DNA of 64,000 nt from Takakia lepidozioides (Eukaryota > Plantae > Bryophyta), in NCBI GenBank assembly GCA_030704615.1, contig CM060734.1, forward strand, positions 40,238,001 to 40,302,000, given 5' to 3'. Position numbers and translations under genes: made by a program. Below, in pieces: positions 63,616 through 64,000 of the stretch (position 1 is the first letter of the stretch; each line of letters begins with the position of its first letter). Under the pieces are notes generated by a model. It was given only the letters and a program-made list of their open reading frames with translations. It had not been told where the DNA came from and did not search any database.

Positions 63616-64000
63616 TACTTAATAGATAAATAGCACAATTATTACTTCACATATTAATAGATATATTTTTTTAAATATTTTTTTAATAACCGTTCAGGTT
63701 GGTTGACAGATGAACTTATTTTAATCTTATATTTTTTTATGTTTTTGTTGTTTAGTGGTCTCAGTTATGTTTGCTATATGTCCAAATATTTACTTCTATT
63801 TTTATTATTTATTTGCACATGAAGTAAGAATTAATAGATGTATGTAGGATGATTGTGGCCCAAACACTCGAGAATGTGATTATTGGAATAATTGGCCACG
63901 TGGACAAAAAAAACACTTGAAAAGTTTGTGGTGGGTGTCAGCCAGTGTTGATATCAGCCGCTTACAGATGTTTAACTTCAACTTTGTGTTCACATCCTCC

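Overview
Eukaryotic nuclear DNA from a seed-free land plant, probably a moss (GT-AG introns, PLS-class PPR gene, Pol IV/V subunit remnants). The left 25 kb is a nest of transposons lying in and beside a fragmented NRPD2/NRPE2 pseudogene. The middle (26.9-46 kb) holds host genes: NudC/CS protein, PLS-E PPR, exostosin remnant, alpha/beta hydrolase and an intronless organellar ProRS. The right end holds a complete retroelement copy and decayed Copia DNA. Two systems stand out. (1) A Ty3/gypsy-like family (four pieces) encodes Gag, protease, a DNMT3-like C5 methyltransferase, an integrase C-terminal fragment and a PHD finger, with RT/RNaseH/integrase core deleted. Its copies are circularly permuted: the PPT-to-PBS-defined LTR (B-gc-A) is split at an internal palindrome GACA^GC^TGTC, giving A...B-gc-A-B and A...B forms with 4-bp TSDs, as expected if 2-LTR and 1-LTR circles were integrated. 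It also has a self-complementary, Tf1-like primer site. (2) An 11.3-kb Mutator-like element (10-bp TSD) carries, head-to-head with its transposase, an apparently intact 10-exon gene for a ParB-like plus beta-class amino-methyltransferase-like protein. Two of its introns contain arrays of a 22-bp palindrome (TGAATGTCGT-nn-ACGACATTCA), suggestive of parS-like self-recognition sites. All domain calls are by motif recognition by eye; no searches were run.
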